Assembly: GCA_038087875.1 (NCBI GenBank)
Contig: JAXLNO010000361.1
Span: 58,999-78,998 of the forward strand
Direction of reading: 5' to 3'
From: Malacoraja senta
Taxonomy: Eukaryota
DNA length: 20,000 nucleotides
Part shown: piece by piece, positions 19,414 to 20,000 of the stretch
Layout of the letters: every line of letters begins with the position of its first letter
Numbering within the stretch: position 1 is the first letter of the stretch
Position numbers and translations under genes: made by a program
The notes under the pieces: model-generated
Database searches by the model: none
Told to the model about the DNA's origin: nothing
The model's input: the letters and a program-made list of their open reading frames with translations, nothing else

Positions 19414-19737
19414 AAAAGGTGCAATATAGAAAAGTGCAAATAGCATACTGCAGACATTGAGTTAAAGTTAATTTGACAGTCAGTTGGTCTTTGTTTGTGT
19501 AATGTTCATGGAATTTTCTTGAGTGTGTTGAGTAGTCTGATGGCCTGAGGGAAAAAGCTGTTTTTGAATCTGGTGGTTTTGCTCCGCATGCTGCGGTAGC
19601 ACTTGCCGGATGGTAGGAGGGTGAACAGTTTGTGTGCTGGGTGGGTGGTGTCTTTGGTGATATTGGTTGCTCTCTTGCGACAGCGAGATGGGTATAAGTC
19701 CTGGATTGCTGGTTGGGGTGATCTAGTGATCTTCTCC
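19414..19737 (-). mobile_element. Rex1/Babar LINE, 5'-truncated: ORF C-terminus and proximal 3' UTR
   Basis: A frame not listed in the ORF track reads EKITRSPQPAIQDLYPSRCRKRATNITKDTTHPAHKLFTLLPSGKCYRSMRSKTTRFKNSFFPQAIRLLNTLKKIP*, with the stop at 19506-19508. Confidence 0.93.
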
Positions 19738-20000
19738 TAGACCTACACAAGTTATGGCATCCAAAAGGAGGCAAAGGATTTGTCATTGGTGGAGCAACTA
19801 TTGTAGAATTCAAGACTAGCAGATCTGAAATGCTCGTAGATGAGAGTTGCTTATGCCTAATCCCACTCACGTCCAACTTTTTCTCTTTACTCACAATGCC
19901 AAATGACTGATGCTGCAAACAATTTCAACAACTGATTCTTACTTTTCCACTCCTTACCAAAGACCTGTACTTTCACATTTTATCTTTCTGGTATCCAGTG

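Noticed and set aside
14643..19426. AAGGTGCAATA on both sides of DIRS C (14643-14653, 19416-19426) as a target-site duplication
   Set aside because: The right copy is offset from the element end and a third degenerate copy follows near 19431. It is better explained as a pre-existing repeat in the LINE UTR, and DIRS elements do not make TSDs.
19379..19918. 179-aa minus-strand ORF
   Set aside because: It is an alternative frame over the Rex1 C-terminus and spans three unrelated sequence blocks.

Overview
This is eukaryotic DNA made up mostly of transposable elements. The CR1/HER1-type, Penelope and LINE-tail sequences resemble those of cartilaginous fishes (skate or ray), but that assignment is from memory. 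I found no intact host gene, RNA gene or CRISPR array. Contents in order: a decayed Rex1/Babar LINE (1-1183, -); three DIRS1-type tyrosine-recombinase retrotransposons (A 1621-6306 -, B ~11935-13586 + and 5'-truncated, C 14653-19413 -) with recognisable ITR/ICR ends and gag, RT, RNase H, methyltransferase and recombinase (YR) remnants; an internally deleted IR/DR Tc1 transposon with TA target duplication (7861-9135); a 5'-truncated Penelope element with a hammerhead-like core (9755-10760, -); a non-autonomous Helitron (10990-11791, -) carrying a 20-bp minisatellite and a 122-nt palindrome; a CR1 tail; and a Rex1 3' end split by DIRS copy C. The least expected signals are non-coding: extra pairing elements in the DIRS 3' ends (one covarying), a degenerate third copy of the circle junction next to the ICR, a candidate leader intron shared by two divergent DIRS copies, and templated-insertion scars. 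I do not see a convincing wholly new protein-coding system.
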